A stretch of 64,000 nt of DNA from Takakia lepidozioides (Eukaryota; Plantae; Bryophyta): NCBI GenBank assembly GCA_030704615.1, contig CM060731.1, positions 26,412,001 to 26,476,000 on the forward strand. The letters run 5' to 3'. Numbering within the stretch: position 1 is the stretch's first letter; each line of letters begins with the position of its first letter. Position numbers and translations under genes: made by a program. The notes beneath the pieces are model-generated. The model ran no database searches and had not been told where the DNA came from. It saw nothing but the letters and a program-made list of their open reading frames with translations. Positions 1-10,535 of this stretch are shown piece by piece.

Positions 1-245
1 CGCAGATTTTTTATTTATTTATTTATTTATTTTTGAATAATCTCTATGACCACGAGCATAGAGGTGGTCGCAACATTTTTCTTTTTTTAAATAGATGCGA
101 CCACCAGCAGGGGGATGGTCGCAACAATTTTCTGTTTTTTAATATCTGCGAACACCAACATGAGGGTGGTCGCAGCAGTTTTTTTTTTAAAAATAACATG
201 CAACTTCTTTGTGCGACCTGGAGCGGTCGCAACATTGGATTCTGA
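1..245. repeat. Cluster of short palindromes TGCGACCACC..GGTGGTCGCA separated by A/T tracts
   Basis: Several copies, e.g. tgcgaccaccagcagggggatggtcgca and gtgcgacctggagcggtcgca. Confidence 0.85.
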
Positions 246-279
246 TTCGTCGAGCGTATGAGGCTTGGAGGCTGGAGGG

Positions 280-286
280 TATATAA
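280..286 (+). promoter_or_regulatory. Candidate TATA box of hAT transposase
   Basis: TATATAA just downstream of the palindrome cluster and upstream of ATG 600. Confidence 0.4.
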
Positions 287-599
287 GGTGGTCTCAATGC
301 CCCTCACTTCTTTTGTGGCAAACACTTTTTGTGGCAAGTGAATATTCTCTATTCCTTGAGCAAGAGTGTAAGCCCAAGAGGAGAGTGCGGACCGTTTGCT
401 GTTGTGGCTTCCACCAGAGCCACTGCAGCAAATTATCGAAAAGCACAATACTACATGGTGCATTGATCTACTTGGATTGATGCCGTAGTGTTGGGCCATC
501 ACATTCTGTTCTAATTTATATTGTTCTTGACAAATCTACCAAGTACACTAGTGTTCTTCGTTCAACCTTAAGTCTGTGGTTAGGGTTTTGGGTGTGAGG

Positions 600-1894
600 A
601 TGAGGGAGGAGTGGATCCCTTGGTTCACCGTAGTCCCGCACAAAAAAGACGGTATTCATTGCAATCTATGTGCATTAAAGCTGGCGGATCGCATGTTATA
701 TCACCTCGGCTATAGAGATGGGAAGAATGCAGGGGTTAGTTTGTGCCCAAAAGCCTCAATGCGAATGAAAGCCCACTTTGCCCAATGTAGAGGCAATATC
801 CCACCGTCTCTTGATGTGGCCGCGGCTTCTGAGCCAAACACTCCAGGCTCGAATCAAAATGTCCCTCAGAGTTGTACCCATGGGGATTCTTGCGAGGCGT
901 CTGCTGTTCGTGGAGAAGCCGGTGGGTCAGGAGCAACACCCTATTGTACGCCAGCACTTGTACGGACCAGACCATTGAGGCAACAATCAATGCAAGAAGG
1001 GTTAAATTTGTCGCACAGGAGGACTTTGGATAAGAAGTGGACCCAATTTTTCTACGAGGCCAATATTCCGTTCAATGTCTCAAGGCTTTCTGCGTTTGTG
1101 GCTGCTGTCAAAGCCACGTCCGATTCCAAGTCCACATACACACCTCCGAGTTATCGCGATCTCCGCACAGGATTGCTAGAAGAGGCTATGTCTGACCTCA
1201 CCCAAAAGGTGAATGAAAAGACAAGTGATTCTCTCCGGAAATATGGAAGCACTATATGTGCGGACGGTTGGAGTTCTGTTACTAATCGACCACTGTTCAA
1301 TGTCATGCTGGTCTGTCCTGCGGGAGAACAATTTTTGGGATCCGTTGATACAAGTGGGAAGAGAAAAGATGCACATTATCAAGCAGGGTTGTTGACGAGT
1401 TTCATCGATAAAATTGGAGCTGGTAAAATTGTCCAAGTGTGCACGGACAATGCATCTAACATGGTTAATATGGCTGATATTTTGATGGTACGATATCCCC
1501 ATCTATATTACTAAGGGTATGCTGCTCATATCTTTGATCTCCTTTTGGAGGATTGGGGAAAATAATCGTGGATGAAACAACTAGTAAAAAGGGCAAAGTC
1601 GGTTGTGACGTTCATTCGTACACATCACATCCCTCTGGCATTGTTTAGAAAGCATGAACCCAAATACAGCCTTAGGAACCCGGGTGAAACCCGCTTTGCC
1701 ACAAAAATTTTGATGGTGGATCGACTGGTGACTGTGAGGGCAGGTCTGGAGCAGGTGATCATTGACCCTCAATGGGATGCGTATGTAGGCACCTTACGCG
1801 ACTCTCGTAAGTCCAAGTCTTTGAAAAAAAATCGGAGGGTCCGCGCAATCATTCACTCCGACGATTTTTGGGCGAAATGTGCAAATTTTATGTA
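600..1894 (+). pseudogene. hAT-superfamily transposase (BED-like Zn finger + DUF659), 5' part
   Basis: Motifs HCNLC..HL..C, FFYEANIPFN, PPSY, ICADGWS, QVCTDNASNM, AAHIFDLLLED, PGETRFA. In-frame TAA stops at 1512 and 1563. Interrupted by the retroelement at 1895. Confidence 0.92.
1891..1894 (+). other. Left target-site duplication TGTA
   Basis: TGTA also at 14378-14381. Removing the insert restores the hAT frame ...CANFMY-LVEPVLIALREFD. Confidence 0.9.
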
Positions 1895-1981
1895 TGTCGT
1901 GCGCATACATATCGCTACACAACTACATCGCTGTCCAAACCACACCACACATATATGCACAATAAAGTAGTCTAGCACAAT
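1895..1981 (-). repeat. Terminal repeat A, copy 2 (87 bp)
   Basis: Identical to 2340-2426. Confidence 0.95.
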
Positions 1982-2337
1982 GATAACCAAACTAGATAAG
2001 GACACACACTCTCAACACAAGAAATATGCAATCCCTCAACATCACTCTTTAAGATAATAGTCGAGCCAGGGGCACCCCAAGCTATGGGGACTCCACCCCA
2101 CAACAACCTACACTCCCATCATAAACACACTCAGATCTGAAGAATGCAGGAGCTCGGTCGCGTAGGCTCAACTCGAGAGAGATGAGCTGCGCGACTGCCA
2201 CTCTCGTGAAGATAAGACAGACCAGGTGTCAAACTAAACTTGACACCTGATTTAACACTTGTCCTAAATCCAAGTGTTAAATACAAATAACTAGTTTTAT
2301 TCTAGCTGTTTTCACACTGTGCTTATTTAACTTGACA
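1981..2337 (-). repeat. Repeat B, copy 2 (357 bp, LTR-like TG..CA)
   Basis: Matches 14021-14377 with 2 substitutions seen by eye. Confidence 0.95.
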
Positions 2338-2339
2338 GC

Positions 2340-2426
2340 TGTCGTGCGCATACATATCGCTACACAACTACATCGCTGTCCAAACCACACCACACATATA
2401 TGCACAATAAAGTAGTCTAGCACAAT
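2340..2426 (-). repeat. Repeat A, copy 1 (87 bp)
   Basis: Identical to 1895-1981; joined to B through GC within the palindrome GACAGCTGTC. Confidence 0.95.
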
Positions 2427-2428
2427 CG

Positions 2429-2436
2429 CCCCCCTA
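2429..2436 (-). other. Putative polypurine tract
   Basis: Minus strand TAGGGGGG-CG-ATTGTG directly before repeat A1; short. Confidence 0.5.
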
Positions 2437-2684
2437 GCTGGTGGATAGGTCCCTCTACCTCCACATAGCTACAAGATGTAATAGCCACAGCCGTACTAAG
2501 TCCTCTATCACTGTCTTTATCGTGCTCAAACTCTATCAACCAAGAGGCCGGGTACAAGAGTAGCCCCATCGTTAGTCGCCGTCTTGCAATCTATGAACTT
2601 GAGCCAAGATCTCGTGTGTTCAAGGTCTCCTAGTAGCTGGGCCTTGCGTTTCTTGTTAGCCTCCCATGGTTGTATCCACTCCCA

Positions 2685-5600
2685 CTATCCAATGCAATGT
2701 GGACATAACCAATCCCCATCCGGAACCATCTCAAGAGGTGGAGTCAAGCATCCCATATGCCAACCTCTAGAGCACCGATCACATACCAGCATGGTGGCTG
2801 CCCCTTTAGCAGACCCACACAACATGCACCTCAAACCTGCAGATACCACTGCCAGGTTTGGGTCAATCCTGCCATCGACATTCGGAAGGTGACATGGCGC
2901 ACAATTACGCACATGGTCCTTCCAAGTGATGCCATCCCGACCCTCCAAGACCAAGACGCCTGAGGGCAAGACCTCTCGAACCCTCAAAATAACACGTCCT
3001 GCAGTCACATCCAGGGTCGTAGGAGCAGTCTGCTGCAGATAGACATAGTCACCAGGGTTGAATCTCCGAACCCCAGGACGATAGCCCCCACCACGTATGG
3101 TAGCATACCTCAACGTATCACGGTGTTGTGCAATGGCAAGGTTCTCGAAAGCCATAGGCATGACTCTCTTGAACAACTCTGCACGCTGCTCACATGCACG
3201 TGCCCACACGTCCGGATCGTCAAGGTTAAGAACTGTAGCAGCTTCTCTGCGAATGGATGTAGGCAAATCCGGCTCTCGGCCAAAGAGAAGAAAGTATGGT
3301 GAGAAGGAGGCAAGTGATGCTTGCTTGCTGAACCTGTAGCCCATGGCTAACCAGGGTAACTGAAGGTCCCAATCTCCTAGGTGTCCCTTCTGCAAGCCAT
3401 ACTTGCGCAAACCCCTCTTTACTGTCTGAACAACTCTCTCTGCCAAGCCATCGGCTTCAGGATGATCCCGAGAAGTGGTGCGGTGGTCTATCAAGGCCTT
3501 GTCACACAAAGCCTGAAACTCCCCCAAGAACTCTCTCTCTTGGTCCGTGAGTACCTCAGCTGGAGCACCGAATCGGCTAAGCACACAATCCAGGAATGCA
3601 TACGCAGCTCCCTCACTAGCCTTATCAGGCAATGGAACCAATTCAATCCACTTGGAGAAGTGCTCCACCATCACCAACACGTACTTGTTGTGGCGCATGG
3701 TCAGTGGCAACGGCCCTGCGAAGTCAAGACTCCACCTGTAGCCCAATCCCATGATCGGAAGAGGGTGCAATTGTGGAGTAGGGGCGTTGAATGAAGCACG
3801 CACCCTGTCACACACCATGCACCTAGCCACAAAGTGTTGTACCTCTGTGTGCATACCACGCCACCAATACTGCCCCTGCAGTAGACTATGAGTGCGTCGC
3901 ACCCCAAAATGCCCCAACTCCTCATGGGCATGCCGCACTAACCGTGCCCGCTGTGTTGGGTGAGGCACAATCCTCACTCGACCATCCTCCCACACTCGGA
4001 GCAGGTGTGTCCCCTCCCACCTGAACCTCTTGGCTCGTTGTAGGATCCGATCCCTCTCCTTGGCAGTCATAGTGGCTGCCGTGTCTCCACTGCGGAGGTA
4101 GTCCAACACAACTGAATCCTCATGTATATCTTTGGCGCCACCCTGCTCATTGCTGGCCTCAGGGTCCTCAGACACTTGATCTACAGTCATCCCTGTTGTA
4201 GGTCCAACCTGGCCTTCCGCTGCCAAGATACACAGAAATGCAGATGCATGCCATCCGGGCACCATCTCCTCGTCCGTCTCACCATGCCACCGAGCTCCAG
4301 TGTCATCCTGTTGGCTCGTGCATGGATTGCGACTCAACCCATCTGCATTTCGATTGACCAAACCCGGTCGATGCACCACCTGAAAGTCATACTCTTGAAG
4401 GATGAGTGCCCACCGTGCAAGCTTCCCCGTAAGCTTGTCTGACTCCATCAACCACTTGAGTGGTTGGTGATCCGTGACAAGAGTGAAGAGATTGCCGTAT
4501 AAATAGCACCTGAAGTGTGCCACGGCCCACACTGCAGCTAAGCATTCTCCCTCATATGAGCTATACTTAGACTCTGCAGCATTGTTCGAGCGGCTAGCAT
4601 AAGCCACTACGAACTCTCTTCCCTCATCATCCACCTGTGTGAGCACCGCTCCAAGCCCCAGCATGCTCCAATCTGTATGCAGCTGAAAAGGACGCCCCCT
4701 GATAGGTCGTCTCAAGATGGGCGCCGAGGTCAACCTCGCCTTGAGCTCTTGAAAAGCTTGTTCTTGCTCATCTTCCCACTGCCACTCCTGGTCCACCTTG
4801 GTCAGCTTGGTTAGAGCCTTTGCAATGGCACTAAATCCCTTAACAAACCGTCTGTAATAGTTTGCTAACCCCATGAAAGCTCGAACTCGGCTCACATCCG
4901 TGGGGCGTGGAACCTGTGCAATGGACTCTACCTTAGTCTGCTGTACCCCCAATCCTCCAGGATATATCATGTGACCCAGATACTCAATCTGGTTGTGGAA
5001 AAACTTGCACTTGCCCGGATGTAACTTCAATCCGTGCGTCCTCAAGCGCTCAAATACCCCCTGAAGGTGTCTCTCATGCTCCTCCACCGTAGCACTAAAG
5101 ATGATGATGTCATCTATGTAGCACCGAGCAAACTCCACCCCTGCTAGAATCCTGTCCATGACTCTTTGAAACTCAGCGGGAGCGTTTTTAAGCCCAAATG
5201 GTAAGAACCGCCACTGGTATAGGCAATCCTTCCCGTGCTCATTGATCCCCCAGAATGCCGTCTTTTGCTTATCCGCCTCCTTGATCGGCAACTGGTGATA
5301 TCCGGATCGTAAATCCAACGTGCTAAAGACCTTGGAATGCCCAATGGCATCAAAGATCTCCTCTGGTGTTGGCATGGCATACCTATCGGACTTGGTCTGA
5401 CGATTTACAGGCCGGTAATCACCGCACATACGTCTCTCCGTCCAATTGCCATAGACATCCTTCTTAGCTGGCATCACTGTGGCTGAAGCATACTCTCCAC
5501 CAGAGAGCTCCACCAAACCTGCCTCCCAGAGATCTTGAGTCCTCATCTGAATCAAAGACCTCTCCATGTCACTGTATCTATAGGGTCTCCGAAAGATTGG

Positions 5601-5819
5601 CGTGTCAGTGGCCAACTCAATACGGATCTCTTGACCCTTCAGTGCTCCCAAGTCCTTCAAACTGAAGGCAAAGCAATTCCTGTAAGCCCTCAGGAACCGC
5701 CGTATACGTCGTCTCTCTCCTCCGGTGACAATGGGTCCAATGTCAGGCTCCCAATTGTCCTCCGTAACTGCAACCTTAAGTCCAGTGGGCTTAGAGGTAG
5801 AGGACGCGTCCCGTGGTTG
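2685..5819 (-). CDS. pol: Pol: reverse transcriptase, RNase H, integrase, C-terminal PHD finger
   Basis: RT CGDYRPVN, LDLRSGYHQ, PFGLKNAP, YIDD; RH TDWS/TDH/NADGLS; IN HAHEELGH..CMVC, LDFAG, TDQ, AERVVQ; PHD CMLC..CDRC..HMGC..WLCPHC. The frame stays open upstream of the listed 5660 start up to the TAG at 5820-5822. Confidence 0.95.
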   Translation of the reverse strand, partial: QPRDASSTSKPTGLKVAVTEDNWEPDIGPIVTGGERRRIRRFLRAYRNCFAFSLKDLGALKGQEIRIELATDTPIFRRPYRYSDMERSLIQMRTQDLWEAGLVELSGGEYASATVMPAKKDVYGNWTERRMCGDYRPVNRQTKSDRYAMPTPEEIFDAIGHSKVFSTLDLRSGYHQLPIKEADKQKTAFWGINEHGKDCLYQWRFLPFGLKNAPAEFQRVMDRILAGVEFARCYIDDIIIFSATVEEHERHLQGVFERLRTHGLKLHPGKCKFFHNQIEYLGHMIYPGGLGVQQTKVESIAQVPRPTDVSRVRAFMGLANYYRRFVKGFSAIAKALTKLTKVDQEWQWEDEQEQAFQELKARLTSAPILRRPIRGRPFQLHTDWSMLGLGAVLTQVDDEGREFVVAYASRSNNAAESKYSSYEGECLAAVWAVAHFRCYLYGNLFTLVTDHQPLKWLMESDKLTGKLARWALILQEYDFQVVHRPGLVNRNADGLSRNPCTSQQDDTGARWHGETDEEMVPGWHASAFLCILAAEGQVGPTTGMTVDQVSEDPEASNEQGGAKDIHEDSVVLDYLRSGDTAATMTAKERDRILQRAKRFRWEGTHLLRVWEDGRVRIVPHPTQRARLVRHAHEELGHFGVRRTHSLLQGQYWWRGMHTEVQHFVARCMVCDRVRASFNAPTPQLHPLPIMGLGYRWSLDFAGPLPLTMRHNKYVLVMVEHFSKWIELVPLPDKASEGAAYAFLDCVLSRFGAPAEVLTDQEREFLGEFQALCDKALIDHRTTSRDHPEADGLAERVVQTVKRGLRKYGLQKGHLGDWDLQLPWLAMGYRFSKQASLASFSPYFLLFGREPDLPTSIRREAATVLNLDDPDVWARACEQRAELFKRVMPMAFENLAIAQHRDTLRYATIRGGGYRPGVRRFNPGDYVYLQQTAPTTLDVTAGRVILRVREVLPSGVLVLEGRDGITWKDHVRNCAPCHLPNVDGRIDPNLAVVSAGLRCMLCGSAKGAATMLVCDRCSRGWHMGCLTPPLEMVPDGDWLCPHCIG

Positions 5820-8126
5820 CTATGCTGCAACCTCTTGAGCAGTACCCCCTTCCTGCTCAGTCAATGACAAGGCCTCATCCTGCCCCATCATCTCATCATT
5901 GAGAACCTCCTCATCCCGAGAAGAATCCCCAACCTCATCCATCACAGCTGCCTTCGCTGCCAACTCCCTCTGAACCTCGAGCACCTCCCACATGTGCCAT
6001 GGATGTCTACACCTCGTGGTCCTCACCGGCTCGCCCCCACTCGCTGCCTGTACCGTCTCGGTAGGCAGAGAGACCATCAAGGGAAGTGCGCTCCGCACTC
6101 TACGTTGCTCAGCCATAGCCAAGCTGACAATCCAGGTCAAGCAATTGAGATCCATTGCTTGCCCCAACACCTGACGACGTGATGCCTCAGAAAGGGAAGG
6201 CACCGCCGTGGTCCCAGTGGAAAACCCCATAGCCCGCTCTCGCTCGTCGGCATTAGGCTCCACTAACTGCTGCAACTGAGCATCCCACAGGAGGCCAGGT
6301 CCACCATCCCGAAAAGCATGGGATCCTGGGAAGCTGAGCAGTGTAGGTAATGCTGCTCGTGGTTGACCCACTCTGTTGACCACTGCCAAAGGCGAACGGT
6401 CATCGTGTCTCACACGTTGAGACTGCCTTCCTGTGTCCAAAATGCCATCCACGGTGAGGTGTGCTGGCCGCTGCACCCCATCAAATGCACGCTTGAGCAG
6501 TGCGGGTGGCATCAAGTTAGTCCACCATAGTCGTGGACGATGAGCCCGTGACCCCACTGCAGCTGCATCCAGCAATACTGCTGACCCAAGCCACGACCGG
6601 ACTTGATGCACACTGGCCATCACCCTGGCCCGAGAATCACCCATCAGTGGCACATTCTCCAAGATGTATGCCGGAGATACAGCCTGATGAAGCTGCAAGT
6701 GGCGCAAAATCCGCACCATCTCCCAAAACAGACCCGTCCTCGAGTCTCGCAATCCATTGCCATGCCCGGCTGATGAATGCCCTTGGCAGGGCCAACCTGC
6801 CACTACCAGATCAATGGAGCCAACCCGCTCCAAATCCTGCGCCCCCAGCAACGCAATGTCTGCTGGCAAGGCCTGCTGATATCCACGAACTGCAGACACC
6901 GGCAACAACTCAGGGTGCTGCTGCACCATCTGAGCAACATGGCGCAGTGAGACGCGTCGTGCAGTCTCATCCCTCTCCACATACAGGTAACGTCGAACTC
7001 GTACACCTGCCTGCAGCACTGCAGCCAATCCAGTGCTGATCCCGCCAAATAAGTCCAGAAGGCATATGCCTTCATCCGGTCGCTGCCACACAAGAGGTGT
7101 GGTGTCCAATGGCGACAACTGAGGTGGCCCTGGTACAATCACCGCACTCTCCTCCTCTCCTGACGGTACAAAAGCTTCTACCCAAGCTTGTTGCACCCGT
7201 CCATCAGCAGCGTGCTGCAAATCCTTGCTCGTACCCCACAACGGAGTGTGAGCAACCATGGCAGGCAACTCCGCCGTACCATGCATGTCATCCTGCTCTG
7301 CTGGAGGTGGCACATCCTCTGCATGGGCATTGCCTTCCAGCAACTCTCCAGGCCAGCTGACTGCAGCTGTGAAGGCGGCTAGTGTTGGCATCTTGCCCCG
7401 CTGAGCAGCTGCAATACCCCCAATGAATGTCACAGGGAGCTGTGCACGGCGACCATCCCCTGACTGCCATCCAGGCCTGTAGGATGCTGACTCCTCCCAG
7501 AAATCCAGGGTGAAGCCCATGGGGTATAACACTGCCCCACCAACGAGGACATCGTAAGAGACCGCGTCTGTCACAATGGCCTTGGCTCGCATCACTGAGC
7601 CATCTACAGGATGATCCGGCTGCAGTCTAATAGCCAACTGATGCCGTGTCATGCCGCGAGCCTGCTCTGATCCTCCCAGAGATGTCTGTATCTGGAAAGG
7701 ACAAGGCTCCATATCCGCCTCCATGAGGCCCAAACCTGCAATAGCAGCTCTGCCCAACATCAGTGGCTGAGCTCCTGAGTCCAACAAGACCCGCAGTGGC
7801 CGGTACTTCTTGCCTGCCGGTCCACTCAAAGTGAAAATGCCTCCCTGGTTGTCTAACAAGACAACTCCAGGTGTCACCATGGCGCGCTCAAAGGCTGGCC
7901 TAGCTGGCAGCTCCGTCAATCTGGCAGCTGCAGCTTGCCAGGGCGCTGCCGTGGCAGTCTTGACCCTCAAATCCGAGGATCCCTCTGCCACTACACCTTC
8001 CACTAACTCCGCAGAAGATGAAGTGACCTCTCCACTCTCGCAGAGTGTTGCTGCTAGTCTGAACACTGCAGCTGGTCTCACTCCCGGCGTCGCAATCATG
8101 GTGCCGAGAACAGTGGGGCTTGACAC
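5820..8126 (-). CDS. Aspartic protease + C5 cytosine DNA methyltransferase (retrotransposon-encoded)
   Basis: Protease VLLDSGA..DVLVGG (~7480-7810). MTase motifs I LDLFGGI, II YVERD, IV GWPCQG, V DSRTGLF, VI ILENV, VIII HRPRLWW, X LGQAMD (~6120-7070). Confidence 0.93.
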   Translation of the reverse strand: MSSPTVLGTMIATPGVRPAAVFRLAATLCESGEVTSSSAELVEGVVAEGSSDLRVKTATAAPWQAAAARLTELPARPAFERAMVTPGVVLLDNQGGIFTLSGPAGKKYRPLRVLLDSGAQPLMLGRAAIAGLGLMEADMEPCPFQIQTSLGGSEQARGMTRHQLAIRLQPDHPVDGSVMRAKAIVTDAVSYDVLVGGAVLYPMGFTLDFWEESASYRPGWQSGDGRRAQLPVTFIGGIAAAQRGKMPTLAAFTAAVSWPGELLEGNAHAEDVPPPAEQDDMHGTAELPAMVAHTPLWGTSKDLQHAADGRVQQAWVEAFVPSGEEESAVIVPGPPQLSPLDTTPLVWQRPDEGICLLDLFGGISTGLAAVLQAGVRVRRYLYVERDETARRVSLRHVAQMVQQHPELLPVSAVRGYQQALPADIALLGAQDLERVGSIDLVVAGWPCQGHSSAGHGNGLRDSRTGLFWEMVRILRHLQLHQAVSPAYILENVPLMGDSRARVMASVHQVRSWLGSAVLLDAAAVGSRAHRPRLWWTNLMPPALLKRAFDGVQRPAHLTVDGILDTGRQSQRVRHDDRSPLAVVNRVGQPRAALPTLLSFPGSHAFRDGGPGLLWDAQLQQLVEPNADERERAMGFSTGTTAVPSLSEASRRQVLGQAMDLNCLTWIVSLAMAEQRRVRSALPLMVSLPTETVQAASGGEPVRTTRCRHPWHMWEVLEVQRELAAKAAVMDEVGDSSRDEEVLNDEMMGQDEALSLTEQEGGTAQEVAA

Positions 8127-10016
8127 ACAGAGGTGGCTGCTCCCAATAACACACCGGCTGCACTAGCCTTGGTAGTAGGTGTCAATGCTGCACGGGTAGC
8201 TCTTCCCAATGGCATAGTAACCTCCGCCTCGGTAACAGTCGGGCGAGAACTAGGTGCCATGGATGGCGTTGACACTGTCTCCGCCAAGGTGAATGACTGA
8301 GGCAGCCTTGCCTGACGGCTTGCCTCCCCACGTTGTGGATCCAACTCCACCTCTGCACCTCGTGGCTCAGGAACTCGTGTTGCTCCTCGAGTCACGGCTG
8401 CAGCAGACTCCACCTGCTCTAATGGTAGTGCTGCTCCGCACATGAATCCCATTCCGCCCATATCTCCTCCCTCAGGAGCAGGAGGTGGCCATCCCGCCTG
8501 GGAGCCGGTACCGCCTGAGCTATAGCCATGGCAGCGAGCCTCTGCTCTAGCTGCTGAAGCCGATTGGCCATGCCTTGGTCAACACCCTGACCTCCGCGTC
8601 CTTGGCCATGTGGAGGTTGCCCTTGGCCTGCACCTCGTGCCCGACCACCTCGTCCTCTTTGGGCTGGTCCACCTCGCCCCCGGCCACCATTGTTCCCTTG
8701 GAACTGGCCTGGGCGCAACTCAGGATGCAAGTCATAACACTGGGCATCTCCATGCCCATACTTGCCACAATGCCCACACTGCAACTGTGCAGGCTGTGCT
8801 TGTGCCGGCCTTCTGCCACTCTCTGGGCAATCTCTCTTGACATGGGGTCCTCCACATGTCCAACATATCACCCCTGGTTGCTGTTGGCCTGCAAAAGATG
8901 CCACGGGCCTCTGCACCTGAGGTCCCCTGTAAGCTCCATGGAACTTGGGCTGGGCAACCTTGCCCCCCTGACCACGCTGTTGGGCAGTCCCTTGTGCTTG
9001 TGGGCTGACAGCTGTGCCCCGTACAGGCATGTCCTTACCAAATCCAATTGTAACAACTCGCTCCTCCACCATGTTGAGCTCAATCCGCTCAGCCAGCAGA
9101 AACACATCTGCTAATGTGGGTTGGGCTGCTTGTAACAGGGTTGCATCTCGCACCCTTCTCTTGAGCTCCTTGTCCAGAATTCCATACCAAAACTGGATTG
9201 CCTGAGCTTCAGTAACCCCTTGGGTCACACTTATCAAGCGCCTCATACGAGTGTACGCCTCTCGCAGGCTCTCACTGGGTTTGCGCTGGAAGTCTTGCAA
9301 ACTTCGCAGCTTCTCTGTCCGTACACCTTGGTAGTTCCTCCGCAACTCCTGGAAGAACTCCACCACCGGGTTGAATCTTGGCAAATGTGTTGTAGTCGTG
9401 GCAGGAGAGTAGCACCTTTTGAACTGGTACCACCTTCAGAAGTACCAGCACTACTTGCTCCACTACTAGTGCTGGCAGTGGGAGCTATTGGTACTGATGC
9501 AGCTACTGGTCGCGTCGTGCCTCGAGTAATGGAGACGTAGTCAGGTGACCAATACATCCTCCACTCCTCAATCTCTGCTTCATGTCCTCGCCTGAACTCG
9601 TGGTAATCGTCCATAGGCGGGCCTTCCAAATGCTGGAACAGTCCCTTCCACGCCATGAATGGGGTGAATAGCTGTGGATTGCGCATCTGCTGCAAATCAC
9701 ACCAGCTGTCGAACTCCTGGATAAAGTCATCCAACTCGATTGTGCCCACAGCTCCAGAGTACCTACGAGGCCCCTTGGTAGCTCCATACATCTCCTCCAT
9801 GTCGTCCCACAACAATGGCGAATGAAAGTGCACACCTGTTGATGAAGCCTCCGAGTCTGTGTCTGACGCTACAGTAGTTGAGGGTGGCGGTGAAGGTGGT
9901 CTGAACCGAATACCTCGTCTTGTGAACCCACTCTCACTGTCACTGCTTGTAGCCGTACTCCCCTCAAAACCCTTGGGTAACTCCGTAATGACACTCACAA
10001 TGTGCACCTCCTCCAC
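8096..10016 (-). pseudogene. gag: Gag with two Zn knuckles, split by three -1 frame changes (~9400, ~8500, ~8110)
   Basis: PRRYSG..LDDFIQEFDSWC; FQRKPSESLREAYTRM; CWTCGGPHVKRDC; CGHCGKYGHGDAQC; RGG tract; AVTR linker. Confidence 0.85.
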
Positions 10017-10535
10017 GTGACACTATAAGGCTCTAGTACTAATCTAATAGTGACACGGGTGGGCACCTGTTGCAGTCTAAGGGTCATATCCCAATGGCTC
10101 AGGGCACCTGCACCTGCATCCACCGCAAGAACTCCTATGGTTGGCTGGTCATCAACCCAGCCTCACCATAGAAGAAACACTGGTGGTCTTGCTGGTCATC
10201 ACTCCAGCCTCACCACCGACAGCATACTCTAGGATTGACCGGTGATCAAATCCGGCCTAATCCCTATGAAAGCAAGCGCCCACACAAAACCAACATGGCG
10301 CACAGTCAAGCATGCAGGTGTTGGGGGGGATCCAAACACAAGAAATCAAAACATCAACACCCCCACACCAAAATCCAGCAGCAACGCTGATCCTGCAGAA
10401 TATCCCAGCCCAAAACCCCGGACTGACTGGCCTCCACCAAGAGAGGCTTTGGCAACTACAAGTACAAGGTAATGAAAATAGTACAGAGATGGAGGGGAAG
10501 AATAGAAGCCCGCCCAAGCAAGATCTAATCCTGAT

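Noticed and set aside
2135-2215. Hammerhead ribozyme (CTGAAGA) in repeat B
   Set aside because: No correctly placed GAAA core or stems found, and it lies on the non-coding strand.
1895-2426. Repeat B as a solo LTR inserted separately with A as a giant TSD
   Set aside because: 87 bp is far too long for a TSD, and the only TSD that restores the hAT frame flanks the entire 1895-14377 unit.
5820-8126. Bacterial restriction-modification methylase or contamination
   Set aside because: It is fused in frame to a retroviral protease inside a TSD-flanked element within intron-containing plant DNA.
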